DNA of 25,051 nucleotides from Puniceicoccaceae bacterium (GTDB lineage Bacteria; Verrucomicrobiota; Verrucomicrobiia; Opitutales; Oceanipulchritudinaceae): NCBI GenBank assembly GCA_040830765.1, contig JBFOMH010000038.1, positions 1 to 25,051 of the forward strand, read 5' to 3'. Shown piece by piece: positions 14,005 to 25,051 of this stretch (position 1 is its first letter; each line of letters starts with the position of its first letter). The notes under the pieces were generated by a model. It saw only the letters and a program-made list of their open reading frames with translations, ran no database searches and was not told where the DNA came from. The position numbers and the translations under genes were made by a program.

Positions 14005-15921
14005 TTAAGAGTTGGTGGTTGCTGGCTGGGGCTCGTCGGCAGTGGTGATATCCGATTCGGCAGCGCCCTTATCTTTGAGCTGGTGCTTGATTTCGTCGAG
14101 GATCTCGATCGGCATCAATGGCCGGCCGGGTACCTTGGCATAGCAGTCGATGTCCATCAAAACGGATGCCCGGAGAACCCAGGCCAGCTGGCCATAACGC
14201 CGACTTTCCTCTGTGATCAGCGGGTCGTCCCAGTCGTCACTGTAGTTCAGCTCGACGGTCATGACCTTCTTGAAACGGGAGAAAATCTTCTTTAGTCCCG
14301 GCGGGAGGGGACTGAGGAACTGGATGTTGATTGAGGAAACGGAAATGCCCTCTTCCCGGGCCATGTCGACCGCTTCCTCAATGGCTCCCTTGGTACTGCC
14401 CCAGCCGACTAACAGGAGGTCTCCCTCTGGCTCGCCGTGAATGGCTGGCGGATTAAGGCTTTGCTGGAGCGCGGCCAGTTTGCGGCTGCGCATCTGGTGA
14501 CCCCGCTGGTTGCGTTCCGAGTCATAGCAGGCTTTGCCGTTGCGGTCGTGGTTGAGGGAGGTAATGACCCCCATGCCACCGGGTTGGCCGGGAATGAGGC
14601 GGTTGGAAAGGCCGGTCTGCGGATCCCAGTCGTAGGGGAGGGTGTCCTCCGGGACCGGGCTCAGGTCGAGTGGTGGACGGCGGGGCGTCTTCGATACATC
14701 CGGACGGGTAAAGAGCTGCTGCCCGGTGGCCAGGTTGGCATCCGAAAGGACAATGACCAGCATCCGGAATTCCTCGGCTATCTTCTTGGCCACGGAAAGG
14801 ATGTAGTAGCATTCCTCAATCGTGCTGGCGGCCATGACCACCTTGGGGGCGTCACCTGGAGTGCCGTATAAGGCATGCAAAAGGTCTCCCTGCTCGATCT
14901 TGGTTGGTAATCCCGTGCTTGGTCCGCCGCGTTGGACATCGACAATGACCAACGGGGTTTCCGTCATCACGGAAAGTCCCTGGAATTCCGTCTTCAGAGC
15001 CATGCCGGGACCGGAGGTGATGGTGAGGGCGGTCTTTCCGGCATAGGAGGCGCCCAGTGCCACCCCAATGGCGGCAATCTCATCTTCCGCCTGGTGAACA
15101 AAACCACCGAACTCCTCGAAGATTTCCGAGAGAACATGTGAGGCGGATGTGGCCGGGGTAATGGGATACATCGAGCAAAGGTCAAATCCCGCGGCAACCG
15201 CGCCCATGGCAAGGGCGGTATTGCCGTTCATGGCCACCTTGGGCACATCGGTTGGAATGGCCGGAACCTCGAAGCGCGTTTCCAGGTTCTCCAGTCCGTA
15301 CTGGAATCCTGCCACAGCCAGCTTCACGGCCGTATCAATGACGACCTGCTTCTTCTTCTTGAAGACGCCGGCAATGACTTCCTTGGCGATCTCAATGTCC
15401 TTGTTGTAGAGCGCGCAAAGCAGTCCCACGGCAAACATGTTTTTCCCGCGCAATGGATTATCGACATGCTTCAGGGTCTCTTTCTCGAGAGGCACCTCGA
15501 TTACCGTGCCGCCGCGCTTGCGGACCATCTCAAGGACCTCGCGATAGGACTTGCGGTAGGCCTCAATGTCGTGTTCCGCCCACTGGTCGTCGATGAGGAC
15601 AAGGGCGTCATCGGAAACGGTGCCGGCCTCGTAACGGGAGAGCAGGGCCATCTCGTTGAAAGCGAGGACCACGTCGGCTAGGTTGCCGACGTTGGTTACC
15701 GGACTCTTCTCGGAGAGTCGGATACGGTTGCCACTGGCGCTGCCGGTGGTGTGCGGCGGTGGTTGGATTTCGGAGGGGATGATCTCCACTGTCCAAAGGC
15801 CGTTACCAGCCTTGGCGCAGACTTGGGCAAAACTGACGGCGGCCTTTTGGGCGCCTTCGCCAGCGTCGCTGACAATTTCAACAATGGATTCGGACAATCG
15901 GACGAGTCGGGGGCCGCTCAT
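14005..15921 (-). CDS. korA: 2-oxoacid:acceptor oxidoreductase alpha subunit (gamma-alpha fusion)
   Basis: 638 aa with MNGNTALAMG, YPITPAT, QAEDEIAA, TSGPG, DVQRGGPSTGLPTK, GWGSTKG and VELN. Confidence 0.9.
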   Translation of the reverse strand: MSGPRLVRLSESIVEIVSDAGEGAQKAAVSFAQVCAKAGNGLWTVEIIPSEIQPPPHTTGSASGNRIRLSEKSPVTNVGNLADVVLAFNEMALLSRYEAGTVSDDALVLIDDQWAEHDIEAYRKSYREVLEMVRKRGGTVIEVPLEKETLKHVDNPLRGKNMFAVGLLCALYNKDIEIAKEVIAGVFKKKKQVVIDTAVKLAVAGFQYGLENLETRFEVPAIPTDVPKVAMNGNTALAMGAVAAGFDLCSMYPITPATSASHVLSEIFEEFGGFVHQAEDEIAAIGVALGASYAGKTALTITSGPGMALKTEFQGLSVMTETPLVIVDVQRGGPSTGLPTKIEQGDLLHALYGTPGDAPKVVMAASTIEECYYILSVAKKIAEEFRMLVIVLSDANLATGQQLFTRPDVSKTPRRPPLDLSPVPEDTLPYDWDPQTGLSNRLIPGQPGGMGVITSLNHDRNGKACYDSERNQRGHQMRSRKLAALQQSLNPPAIHGEPEGDLLLVGWGSTKGAIEEAVDMAREEGISVSSINIQFLSPLPPGLKKIFSRFKKVMTVELNYSDDWDDPLITEESRRYGQLAWVLRASVLMDIDCYAKVPGRPLMPIEILDEIKHQLKDKGAAESDITTADEPQPATTNS

Positions 15922-16196
15922 TGGGATGCCATTCTTCGGGGGTTTAAACTGTTGTTATAAGAGTTGCTGCAACAGTCATTTTCAGACTGTCGTTTGGGAC
16001 ATCATGCATTCCTCATCTTTAGGGGCAAGGATTAGTTTCTAGGGGGTTTGGCCTGTTTTTGAGTATCCGGAAACAGTGCCCATGCCCGGTCATTCACGGG
16101 ACTTTCGGCAAAGTGGGCGCAGGAGCCGGGAAATTCTTGTTTATGTATTTGTAAAGTGAATACATTAGGGAAGGTCGGCGCGGGCCTGCGCAGGAC

Positions 16197-16943
16197 TCAA
16201 GCCAGCGCCCCTTGCCACGACTCAAGGCGCCTGTGAGCCTTTCCGGAAAGCGCGGCATAAACCGCTTCGACGGCTTGCCTTGCCTCCCCGATGGGTACCG
16301 GTGCACAGGACCAGTTGTCGGAGTCCTCCCCGTCGTGGTTGACGACCACACAATCGAAAAGCGGGGCCATGCAGATTTCCCTCCAGGCGCTGTGCGAACG
16401 CTCGTAGATGGTTTCAAGGTCTTCTGGCTCCAGTTCGCCTTTCTGGCGCTCAGTGCGGCGAATCAACTTGCGCCGCATGACCTCGGCCACCGCGTCTGCA
16501 ATGGGTGGCGCGTCTTCGTCGGCCTCGATATCTGCCAGTTCCGCCCTCGATAGGGGGGACAGGAATATACTCCTTTTCGGCACATGGACCAGACGTTCAT
16601 CCTCCTGCAGGACCCGGGCAATGAACGGATTTCCCTCAAAGAGGACCGGCGAGGATTCCAGCTGGGGCAACAACTCCTCCACATCAAGGACTTGGAAGTC
16701 TCCCCTGACATCCATGGAAACAAAACGGGGGTTATCCTGCATTGCTGCCAATTCGGGGCGCTGCCGGAAGTGGTAATCATGGCCATCCCGTTCCCCTGGT
16801 CGAGGCTGACGGCTGTTGTAGAGAATCAATGTCCGGATGCCGGCCCACCATTCCGGGTACATGCGGGCAAGGGTATGGACCAGTGGGCTTTTGCCCACGC
16901 ACGAAGGTCCCGTCAAAATCAAGAGGTGGTTCCTGGTCATCAC
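16197..16943 (-). CDS. Guanylate-kinase-like P-loop kinase
   Basis: LTGPSCVGKS Walker A, SRQPRPGERDGHDYHF, SIFLSP and FDCVVVN. The GMP-binding GNYYGT segment is not conserved. The start may be the ATG at 16940. Confidence 0.7.
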   Translation of the reverse strand: MMTRNHLLILTGPSCVGKSPLVHTLARMYPEWWAGIRTLILYNSRQPRPGERDGHDYHFRQRPELAAMQDNPRFVSMDVRGDFQVLDVEELLPQLESSPVLFEGNPFIARVLQEDERLVHVPKRSIFLSPLSRAELADIEADEDAPPIADAVAEVMRRKLIRRTERQKGELEPEDLETIYERSHSAWREICMAPLFDCVVVNHDGEDSDNWSCAPVPIGEARQAVEAVYAALSGKAHRRLESWQGALA

Positions 16944-17054
16944 ACTTCCGTCTCCGCCTCTGGCAAGACTAGCAGATGGATCGGCAATAACAAGCAGATC
17001 CTTTTAACCCAGTTGGATTCCAGAATGGCTTTGGCGGGATGGTGACCGGATAAG

Positions 17055-18170
17055 TCAATCCAGGTAGTCATCAAGGACTGATTGAACCAGCGTCGGCTGG
17101 CCGCTCCTAGCGTTCCTGACAGCGAATCCTCCCTTGTAATCCCAGACTGCCCAGCCGAATCCCTCTTCGCTGATGGCGTCCATTACCGCCCGGTACCAAT
17201 TTTCCCGGTCTGCTGCCGGAGCTTCTTCGTAGACTCCGAATTCTCCAATATAGACTTCCACATCATTGCGCAGGGCCCACTCCTTGAGATGCCGCAGGTC
17301 TTTCTCAATGGATGCCTTGGTCAGCCTTGTCCCGCCCAAGTCATGACCATAGTGATGGCCTGGTAACCAAGCGCGCAAGTCGGGGATGGTTCCTGGAAAG
17401 GGAATGTCCGGAATACCAGGGATGTCTGAGCCAACCCAGCTCGCCTTCTGGTGGGTGAAAATGTGGGGCTCATAGTAATGGACATCGATCATCACGTTGG
17501 GATCATCCAGCAACGGTTTCAAGGCTGCCGCTGACTCGATGCGTCCCCAGCGATTCGGACACAGGTAGACAACCCGATCCCCCGAGAATTCGCGAATTGA
17601 TGCCAGGACCTTGGCATAGAAGGCGGTTACCACCTGGTCATTGTCAGCCACCGGCTCATTGAGAATTTCGAAGCGGAGTTCGGGACCGATGTGCTTGTAC
17701 CGTTCAGCCAGTATGCGCCACAGGCCGATGGCTTGCTCCTGTAATTTGGGATCCGTAAACAGGCGCGAGTCGATGTCTCCGGAGAAAGTGCTCCCCGGCA
17801 GCTTGTGGACGTCCAAAAGAACCCCCAAGCCTTGCCGGTGGGCCCAGTTGATTGTCTGATCCAGGGCAGGCAGGCGCTCTTTTCGCACCTGTCCCTTTTT
17901 ATTAATCAAAAGCGGACCATCGACCGGGAGCCGGATATGATCGTAACCACGGGCCGCAATCCAAGCAAGGTCCTCCTCCACGATAAATCCGGGCTCGGCG
18001 TATTCCCTCCGGCCGGTTTGTGAAAGATAGTGGCTCAGGTTCACGCCTTTCTGGAAAGTCGTTTGTGGCATGGCTTCGGGTTGTTCAGCTCTCTGGGTGG
18101 TTTCCTGCGTCGACAGGGTGCACCCCCAGAGGATGAATACGAGTGGCAGGATTGGTCTGGGATTGAGCAT
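17055..18170 (-). CDS. Glycoside hydrolase family 5, probable lipoprotein
   Basis: KGVNL, DHIRLP, VLLDVH, FEILNEP (acid/base), HYYEP, YIGEFG (nucleophile) and WAVWDY. Lipobox-like ILWG-C at residue 17. Confidence 0.9.
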   Translation of the reverse strand: MLNPRPILPLVFILWGCTLSTQETTQRAEQPEAMPQTTFQKGVNLSHYLSQTGRREYAEPGFIVEEDLAWIAARGYDHIRLPVDGPLLINKKGQVRKERLPALDQTINWAHRQGLGVLLDVHKLPGSTFSGDIDSRLFTDPKLQEQAIGLWRILAERYKHIGPELRFEILNEPVADNDQVVTAFYAKVLASIREFSGDRVVYLCPNRWGRIESAAALKPLLDDPNVMIDVHYYEPHIFTHQKASWVGSDIPGIPDIPFPGTIPDLRAWLPGHHYGHDLGGTRLTKASIEKDLRHLKEWALRNDVEVYIGEFGVYEEAPAADRENWYRAVMDAISEEGFGWAVWDYKGGFAVRNARSGQPTLVQSVLDDYLD

Positions 18171-18301
18171 TCAATTGATGGGGGTAATTTTGCCGTTCTG
18201 GGAAGGCTGAGTCAACCAGCCATCCCTGCAACAGGGTGCATGCTGAGTGGACTAGAGAGGGCTTGCTTACTTCTCGTGGTAAAATTTGAATAAGCGGTAC
18301 G

Positions 18302-19882
18302 ATGAAGACATTCCAGATTCTCCAGCTATCCTTTGTATTGGCTGTTTCTTGCTTTGCCCGGAACCCCAACATAGTCTTTATCTTTTCTGACGACCATGCG
18401 ACGCAGGCCTTAAGTGCTTACGGAGGACCGCTGGCCGAACTCGCGCCGACACCCCGCCTGGACCAGCTGGCGGAACAGGGGATGCTCTTCCGGCGCTGCA
18501 TGGTGACCAATTCCATTTGTGGGCCCAGCCGGGCCACTATCCTGACCGGCAAGTATAGTCACCTGAACGGATTCGCGACCAATGAAACGAGTGAATTCGA
18601 TGGTTCCCAGCAGACCTTTCCCAAGCTGATGCAGAAGGGCGGCTACCAGACGGCCATTCTCGGCAAGTGGCACCTTGGCTCTGAGCCGACGGGATTTGAC
18701 CATTGGGAGGTCCTCGTCGGGCAGGGCTATTACTACAATCCCGACTTTCTGACCCCTGGCGGGGTTATCCGGGAAGAGGGCTATGTCACGGAAGTCGTGA
18801 CGGAGAAGGCGCTCGACTGGCTGGAAAACAAGCGGGACAAGGAAAAGCCCTTCATGCTGATGGTGCAGCACAAGGCACCGCACCGGGAGTGGGCGCCTGC
18901 CCCGAAGTATCTCACCGCCTTTGATGAGGTCACGTTTCCGGAGCCGGTTACCTTGTTCGATGATTACGAAGGCCGAGGCACGGCGGCTACCCAGCAGGAC
19001 ATGACAATCGAAGTGACCATGATGCTGGGAAGGGATTTGAAGATTCCGCGGTTTGACCAGGATGGTTCCTTGAAAAACCGGACCGAGGGGCGCATGACCG
19101 CGGAGCAGTTGGCAGCCTGGAATGCCGCCTATGGTTCCAAGAACGAGGCTGTCCTCAAGGCCAAGCCGAAGGGCAGGGATCTCGTCCGATGGAAGTACCA
19201 GCGCTACCTCCAGGATTACCTCGCCTGCATCAAGTCGGTCGATGACAGCGTGGGTCAGTTGCTGGACTATCTCGAAGCCAACGGCCTTAGCGAAAACACC
19301 ATCGTCATCTATTCCTCGGACCAGGGGTTTTACCTCGGCGAGCATGGCTGGTTCGACAAGCGGTGGATGTATGACGAGTCCTACCGGACACCCCTGTTGG
19401 TAAAGTGGCCGGGCACGGTCCCAGCCGGTACCGAAAACGCCGATCTGGTATCCAACCTCGATTTTGCCCAGACATTCCTCGAGATTGCCGGGCTTGAGCA
19501 GCCTTCCGACATGCAGGGCGCCAGCCTGGTGCCGATCCTTAAGGGGAAGACTCCCGATGATTGGCGCCAAAGCCATTACTATCATTACTACGAGTACCCT
19601 GGTTGGCACATGGTCCATCGTCACGAAGGGGTCTACGATGGGCGTTTCAAGTTGATGAACTTCTATGACCTTAAGGAATGGGAGTTGTACGACCTGGAGA
19701 CCGATCCCCACGAGTTGCAAAGCCAGTTTGAAAATCCTGCTTTTGCGGATGAGGTGAAACGATTGAAAGGAGAATTGGCCAAGCTTCGGGAGCAATATGA
19801 AGTCCCTCCCAACAAGCCCAAGGATGTTTCCAATCCCAGCCGGAGATTCATTTTCAATACAGTGCCTGAGGTGATTGATTAG
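18302..19882 (+). CDS. Secreted formylglycine-dependent (S1) sulfatase, N-acetylglucosamine-6-sulfatase-like
   Basis: Signal peptide, [21 protein letters not shown] (CxPxR), GKWHL, HKAPHR and [18 protein letters not shown]. Confidence 0.93.
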   Translation: MKTFQILQLSFVLAVSCFARNPNIVFIFSDDHATQALSAYGGPLAELAPTPRLDQLAEQGMLFRRCMVTNSICGPSRATILTGKYSHLNGFATNETSEFDGSQQTFPKLMQKGGYQTAILGKWHLGSEPTGFDHWEVLVGQGYYYNPDFLTPGGVIREEGYVTEVVTEKALDWLENKRDKEKPFMLMVQHKAPHREWAPAPKYLTAFDEVTFPEPVTLFDDYEGRGTAATQQDMTIEVTMMLGRDLKIPRFDQDGSLKNRTEGRMTAEQLAAWNAAYGSKNEAVLKAKPKGRDLVRWKYQRYLQDYLACIKSVDDSVGQLLDYLEANGLSENTIVIYSSDQGFYLGEHGWFDKRWMYDESYRTPLLVKWPGTVPAGTENADLVSNLDFAQTFLEIAGLEQPSDMQGASLVPILKGKTPDDWRQSHYYHYYEYPGWHMVHRHEGVYDGRFKLMNFYDLKEWELYDLETDPHELQSQFENPAFADEVKRLKGELAKLREQYEVPPNKPKDVSNPSRRFIFNTVPEVID

Positions 19883-20049
19883 GGTTATTCAGGGACCGTG
19901 TGAATAGTTCATGCCAGTCCACATTGCCTCCACGGAAATCGCCCCTGCTATTCATTAGAATATTTAATAGGATATTCCGGGTGAAATTAATTTAATTTAT
20001 TGCTTGGCAAGGCTCCGGAAAGGATTTTAACCCTTGCCTTGTTTTATAA

Positions 20050-21177
<1,128 letters not shown>

Positions 21178-21205
21178 TTGCAGAGTCTGGTACCTGTTCA
21201 CTTTG

Positions 21206-21250
21206 AAAGCCGCCCCCGTGATTTGCTCACGTCGTGGGCGGCTTTTTTTT
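21206..21250 (+). terminator. Terminator-like hairpin between gap and pgk
   Basis: AAAGCCGCCC...GGGCGGCTTT followed by a T-run, with an inner GTGA/TCAC stem. Confidence 0.7.
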
Positions 21251-21284
21251 CAACAAATTCGAGCATTCAACCAAGTTTCAATCC

Positions 21285-22478
21285 ATGGCAACAAAGACAA
21301 TCAGAGACATTGACGTAAACGGAAAGCGCGTGCTGGTCCGGGTGGACTTCAACGTCCCCCTGAAAGATGGGGCGATCACGGATGATACCCGCATTGAGGC
21401 CGCCGTGCCGACGATCCAACATCTCCTTCAACACGGTGGCCGGGTCATCCTGATGAGCCACCTCGGTAGGCCCAAGGGCGAGCGCAAACCGGAATTCAGC
21501 CTGGCTCCGGTAGCCAAGGCCCTTGCCGAAAAGCTGGGCCAGCCGGTGGCCTTTGCCAATGATTGCATAGGAGCGGAAGCGGAAGCAGCCGCGGCGACCC
21601 TCCAGGATGGCGAGGTCCTGTTGCTGGAAAATGTCCGCTACTACAATCAGGAGACGGACAATGATGCGGAGTTTGCCCGTCAGTTGGCCTCGCTGGGCGA
21701 AGTCTATGTCAATGATGCCTTTGGTACGGCCCACCGGGCCCATGCCAGCACGGAAGGGGTGACCCATCACCTCAGTCCTTGCGTCTGCGGTTTTGTCATT
21801 GAAAAGGAACTGACCTTCCTCGGCGAAAAGACTGCCAATCCAGAGCGGCCCTTTGTGGTCATTCTCGGCGGGGCCAAGGTCAGCGACAAGATTACTGTCA
21901 TTGATGCCCTCCTCGAGAAGGCGGACCGCATCCTTATTGGCGGAGCCATGGCCTACACCTTCAAGCTCGCCCAAGGCGGAAAGGTGGGGGACTCCCTCGC
22001 TGAGCCGGACAAGGTGGAGGTGGCCAAGGCCGCCCTGGCCAAGGCAGCTGAAAAGGGCGTCGAGTTCATGCTCCCGGTGGACAACCTTGCCTGTTCCGCC
22101 CTCGATTTTGGTGCCGGAACGCTCGGTGAGACGAAAATCATCGAAGGAGACATTGACGATGGCTGGGAAGGCGTCGACATCGGTCCCAAGACCACCGAGC
22201 TCTATCGGAAGGCGGTGGAAGAGGCGAAGACCGTCCTCTGGAACGGCCCCATGGGAATCTTCGAGATTGAGGAGTCGGCCAAGGGTACATTTGCCGTGGC
22301 TGAAGCGGTCGCCGAGGGGGATGCCCTTTCCATCATCGGTGGCGGGGACTCCGTCAAGGCCATCAAGCAGAGTGGCTATTCCGACAAGGTCGACTTCATG
22401 AGCACCGGCGGCGGGGCCAGCCTTGAATTCCTCGAGGGAAAAGCCCTTCCGGGGGTGGTTGCCCTTGACCAAGCCTGA
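21285..22478 (+). CDS. pgk: Phosphoglycerate kinase
   Basis: [49 protein letters not shown] and [14 protein letters not shown]. Start ATG at 21285. Confidence 0.98.
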   Translation: MATKTIRDIDVNGKRVLVRVDFNVPLKDGAITDDTRIEAAVPTIQHLLQHGGRVILMSHLGRPKGERKPEFSLAPVAKALAEKLGQPVAFANDCIGAEAEAAAATLQDGEVLLLENVRYYNQETDNDAEFARQLASLGEVYVNDAFGTAHRAHASTEGVTHHLSPCVCGFVIEKELTFLGEKTANPERPFVVILGGAKVSDKITVIDALLEKADRILIGGAMAYTFKLAQGGKVGDSLAEPDKVEVAKAALAKAAEKGVEFMLPVDNLACSALDFGAGTLGETKIIEGDIDDGWEGVDIGPKTTELYRKAVEEAKTVLWNGPMGIFEIEESAKGTFAVAEAVAEGDALSIIGGGDSVKAIKQSGYSDKVDFMSTGGGASLEFLEGKALPGVVALDQA

Positions 22479-22527
22479 GCCACGCCTAATCTGGGCAACC
22501 TTTTCTAAATCCAAAGACGACTCAACC

Positions 22528-23298
22528 ATGGCCAAGACCATTCGCAAATATCTCATCGCCGGTAACTGGAAGATGAACAAGACCGACTCCGAAGGAGCGG
22601 ACCTCGTCAACGAAATCAAAGTTGGCCTCGGGCAGAAGCTCGATGTCGGAGTGGCACTTTGCCCTCCCTTCACAGCCCTGGAAAGCTGTGCCAAGGCCAT
22701 CGAAGACAGCAACATCCAGCTGGGGGCACAGAACATGCATCCGAAACTGGAAGGTGCCTACACCGGAGAAATCTCCCCGGTGATGCTCCGCAGCCTCTTT
22801 TGCACCTTTGTCATCCTCGGGCACAGTGAGCGCCGGGAGTACTTCAAGGAGTCCGATGCCTTCATTAACGAGAAGGTCCTTGCTGCCCTGGAAAGTTCCC
22901 TCAAGCCAATTCTCTGTGTTGGGGAAACCCTCGAGCAGCGGGAAGCCGGGGAGACCTTCAATGTCGTCCGGACGCAACTCGTCGATGGCCTCCAAGGGGT
23001 TACGGCCGATGCGGCCGACAATCTGGTTGTTGCCTACGAACCGGTCTGGGCCATCGGCACCGGCAAGACCGCGACGCCGGAAATGGCCCAGGAGGTCCAC
23101 AAGATGATTCGTGACGAGCTGACTGCTCTCTTTGGCGAAGCCGCCGACAAGGTCCGCATCCTCTACGGGGGTTCCATGAAGCCGGAGAACGCTTCCGAGC
23201 TGCTCGACCAGCCGGACATTGATGGCGGGCTTATTGGTGGGGCTTCCCTCAAGGCCAAGTCCTTCCTCGACCTCATCGAGATTGCCCAGAGCAAATAG
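22528..23298 (+). CDS. tpiA: Triosephosphate isomerase
   Basis: AGNWKMNK, GAYTGE, GHSERR, AYEPVWAIGTGK, YGGS and LIGGASL. Start ATG at 22528. Confidence 0.98.
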   Translation: MAKTIRKYLIAGNWKMNKTDSEGADLVNEIKVGLGQKLDVGVALCPPFTALESCAKAIEDSNIQLGAQNMHPKLEGAYTGEISPVMLRSLFCTFVILGHSERREYFKESDAFINEKVLAALESSLKPILCVGETLEQREAGETFNVVRTQLVDGLQGVTADAADNLVVAYEPVWAIGTGKTATPEMAQEVHKMIRDELTALFGEAADKVRILYGGSMKPENASELLDQPDIDGGLIGGASLKAKSFLDLIEIAQSK

Positions 23299-23323
23299 TT
23301 ATCCGCGATTCGGACTGAATTTC

Positions 23324-23355
23324 AACCAGTCACCCTCGAGGGTGGCTGGTTTTTT
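23324..23355 (+). terminator. Intrinsic terminator after tpiA
   Basis: AACCAGTCACCC-TCGA-GGGTGGCTGGTT followed by a T-run. Confidence 0.85.
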
Positions 23356-23416
23356 GTTATCCAAGGTTCTTGAGCTTGACCTTTACAAAACCGCAATGAG
23401 GGGCACATCCTCGGGT

Positions 23417-24958
23417 ATGTCCATTTGCCCTAAAGCACGGTTCCTCGCCATGGGAACACTTCTTGCAGCCTTCCTTTTGGTACCCGCCTTTGCCACGGCC
23501 GATCAAATCTACACCTCCCGCGAGGAGATCCCTTCCAAGTACAAATGGGACATGACCCTGCTGCACGATTCATGGGAGGATTGGGCATCCGGCCTGCAAC
23601 GGATGGAAGACCTCTACATGCAGATGCTCGATTACAAAGGACGTTTGTCTGAAGGACCGGAAGTCCTGCTGGAATTATACCGCCTGAGCGACGAGGCGGG
23701 TAAGCAAAGTTACTTTTCCTATGGATACCCGGCACAGTTGTCCGACCTCAATGCCAAGGATAGTGTCGCCCGGGAGTCTCTGGGTGAGTTCTTTGCCGTC
23801 TATTCAAGAGTCAGTTCAAAGCTTTCATGGATATCTCCCGAAATCCTTACGATCCCAGAGGAAACCATGGTGCGGTGGATCGATGAGACCCCGGAACTGG
23901 AGATTTACCGGTTTGATCTCATGGATACCTATCGAACCAGTAAGCACACCCTCGATGAGCAGGGGGAAAAGCTGATCAGCCTCCACTCTGTCGTCCGTTC
24001 CGCGCCAGAGGATGTGTTTAACGCCCTTACCAGCGCCGATGGTGAACGCCCGGAAGTCACCCTTGCCGACGGGGAAAAGCTCACCCTTTCTGCTGGATTG
24101 TATGCCAAGTCCCTGAGCACGGAGCGCGATCCCGGGGACCGACGACTCGTCCAGGCAGCCTGGATGGAGCAATTCAATGACCGCCGCAATACCTTCGCCG
24201 CCATTTACTCCGGCATCCTCAACCAGGGCTGGGCCCTCGCCCAGTCTCGGGGCTATCCAAGTACTTTGGAGATGAAGCTGGACAGGAATGACATCCCGCT
24301 CGAGGTGGTCACATCGCTGGTGGAAACCGCCCGGGCCTGTGGCGCGGATCTGCAGCGCTACCACGATCTCCGCAAATCCTTCTTCAATCTGGAGTCCTAT
24401 GGATGGAGTGATGCGTTTGTGCCCCTCATTGAGGACCAAAGGCAATTCCCCTATGATGATGTGGTTCCCCTGATTGTCGATTCCGTTGCCTCCCTCGGGG
24501 AGGAATATCGCACCAAGATGGCGGACCAATTCAAGGGAGGACTGGTCGATGTTTTTGAGACGCCGAACAAGACGTCGGGAGCTTACAATACTGGCCGTTA
24601 CGGAGCAGGCTCCTTTGTCCTCCTTAATTATCATGGCAGTCTCAACGATGTTTTCACGGTTGCCCATGAGATGGGACACTCCATGCACACGCGACTGTCG
24701 CAGGAGTATCAGCCCTTCATCACCCACAGCTACACCATCTTTGTTGCCGAGGTGGCTTCCATCATCAATGAACGGTTGTTGCTGGAAAAGTTCCTCGGTT
24801 CCATGACCCGTTCGGAAGAGCGAATTGCCCTGCTCGAACTGCAGATCCAGAAGATGATGGGGACCTTTTTCATCCAGGTGATGATGGCGGATTTTGAAAT
24901 CGAGGCTCACCGCATTGTCGAGAGTGGCGGGGGGGTGGCCCCCGACGTCCCGTCGTAG
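23417..24958 (+). CDS. pepF: Oligoendopeptidase F (M3B) with a signal peptide; 3' end probably corrupted or running off the window
   Basis: REEIPSKYKWD, NKTSGAY, FVLLNY, VAHEMGHSMH (HExxH) and FVAEVAS. The start is uncertain (23396, 23417 or 23450). Confidence 0.85.
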   Translation: MSICPKARFLAMGTLLAAFLLVPAFATADQIYTSREEIPSKYKWDMTLLHDSWEDWASGLQRMEDLYMQMLDYKGRLSEGPEVLLELYRLSDEAGKQSYFSYGYPAQLSDLNAKDSVARESLGEFFAVYSRVSSKLSWISPEILTIPEETMVRWIDETPELEIYRFDLMDTYRTSKHTLDEQGEKLISLHSVVRSAPEDVFNALTSADGERPEVTLADGEKLTLSAGLYAKSLSTERDPGDRRLVQAAWMEQFNDRRNTFAAIYSGILNQGWALAQSRGYPSTLEMKLDRNDIPLEVVTSLVETARACGADLQRYHDLRKSFFNLESYGWSDAFVPLIEDQRQFPYDDVVPLIVDSVASLGEEYRTKMADQFKGGLVDVFETPNKTSGAYNTGRYGAGSFVLLNYHGSLNDVFTVAHEMGHSMHTRLSQEYQPFITHSYTIFVAEVASIINERLLLEKFLGSMTRSEERIALLELQIQKMMGTFFIQVMMADFEIEAHRIVESGGGVAPDVPS

Positions 24959-25051
24959 CTCCGGGGGTCCCCCGGTTAGGCGGATTTTTGTGTAGGGAGT
25001 CCGGGAGATGATACCGACCATCATTTATATGGCCGGGTGTCCCCCTCTTTC

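Noticed and set aside
18410..19795. 461-aa antisense ORF
   Set aside because: It is the mirror frame of the sulfatase, a common effect of GC-rich codon bias.
19984..19998. AAATTAA-T-TTAATTT palindrome upstream of gap as an operator
   Set aside because: It is a pure A/T sequence in an AT-rich promoter region. It may be an UP element or chance, and there is no second copy to support it.
21267..22736. 489-aa antisense ORF
   Set aside because: It is antisense to pgk and tpiA and has no recognisable motifs.
23825..25024. 399-aa antisense ORF
   Set aside because: It is antisense to pepF and begins in the apparently degraded window end.

Overview
GC-rich bacterial chromosome segment, probably Verrucomicrobiota/Opitutales. 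That assignment is an inference from protein style and was not searched. From about 4 kb to 25 kb the genes are mostly conventional: a HAF-type extracellular repeat protein, a MarR-RND-TolC efflux operon, 2-oxoacid:ferredoxin oxidoreductase alpha/beta plus an odd third gene, a guanylate-kinase-like protein, a GH5 lipoprotein, a sulfatase, gap-pgk-tpiA and a secreted oligopeptidase F. The main find lies in the first 4 kb and is below the ORF-track size limit. Three paralogous minus-strand cassettes encode five 19-29 aa hydrophobic microproteins that align without gaps and share an invariant Glu18. Each cassette has a sigma54-type (-24/-12) promoter, an AT-rich spacer, a CGTCCC-N6-GGGACA palindrome 118-119 nt from the promoter and an intrinsic terminator. 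Two cassettes sit head-to-head with a tRNA gene (Arg-CCG, Leu-CAA). A 22-nt tandem repeat follows tRNA-Arg. Both window ends look error-degraded, so single-base anomalies need caution.
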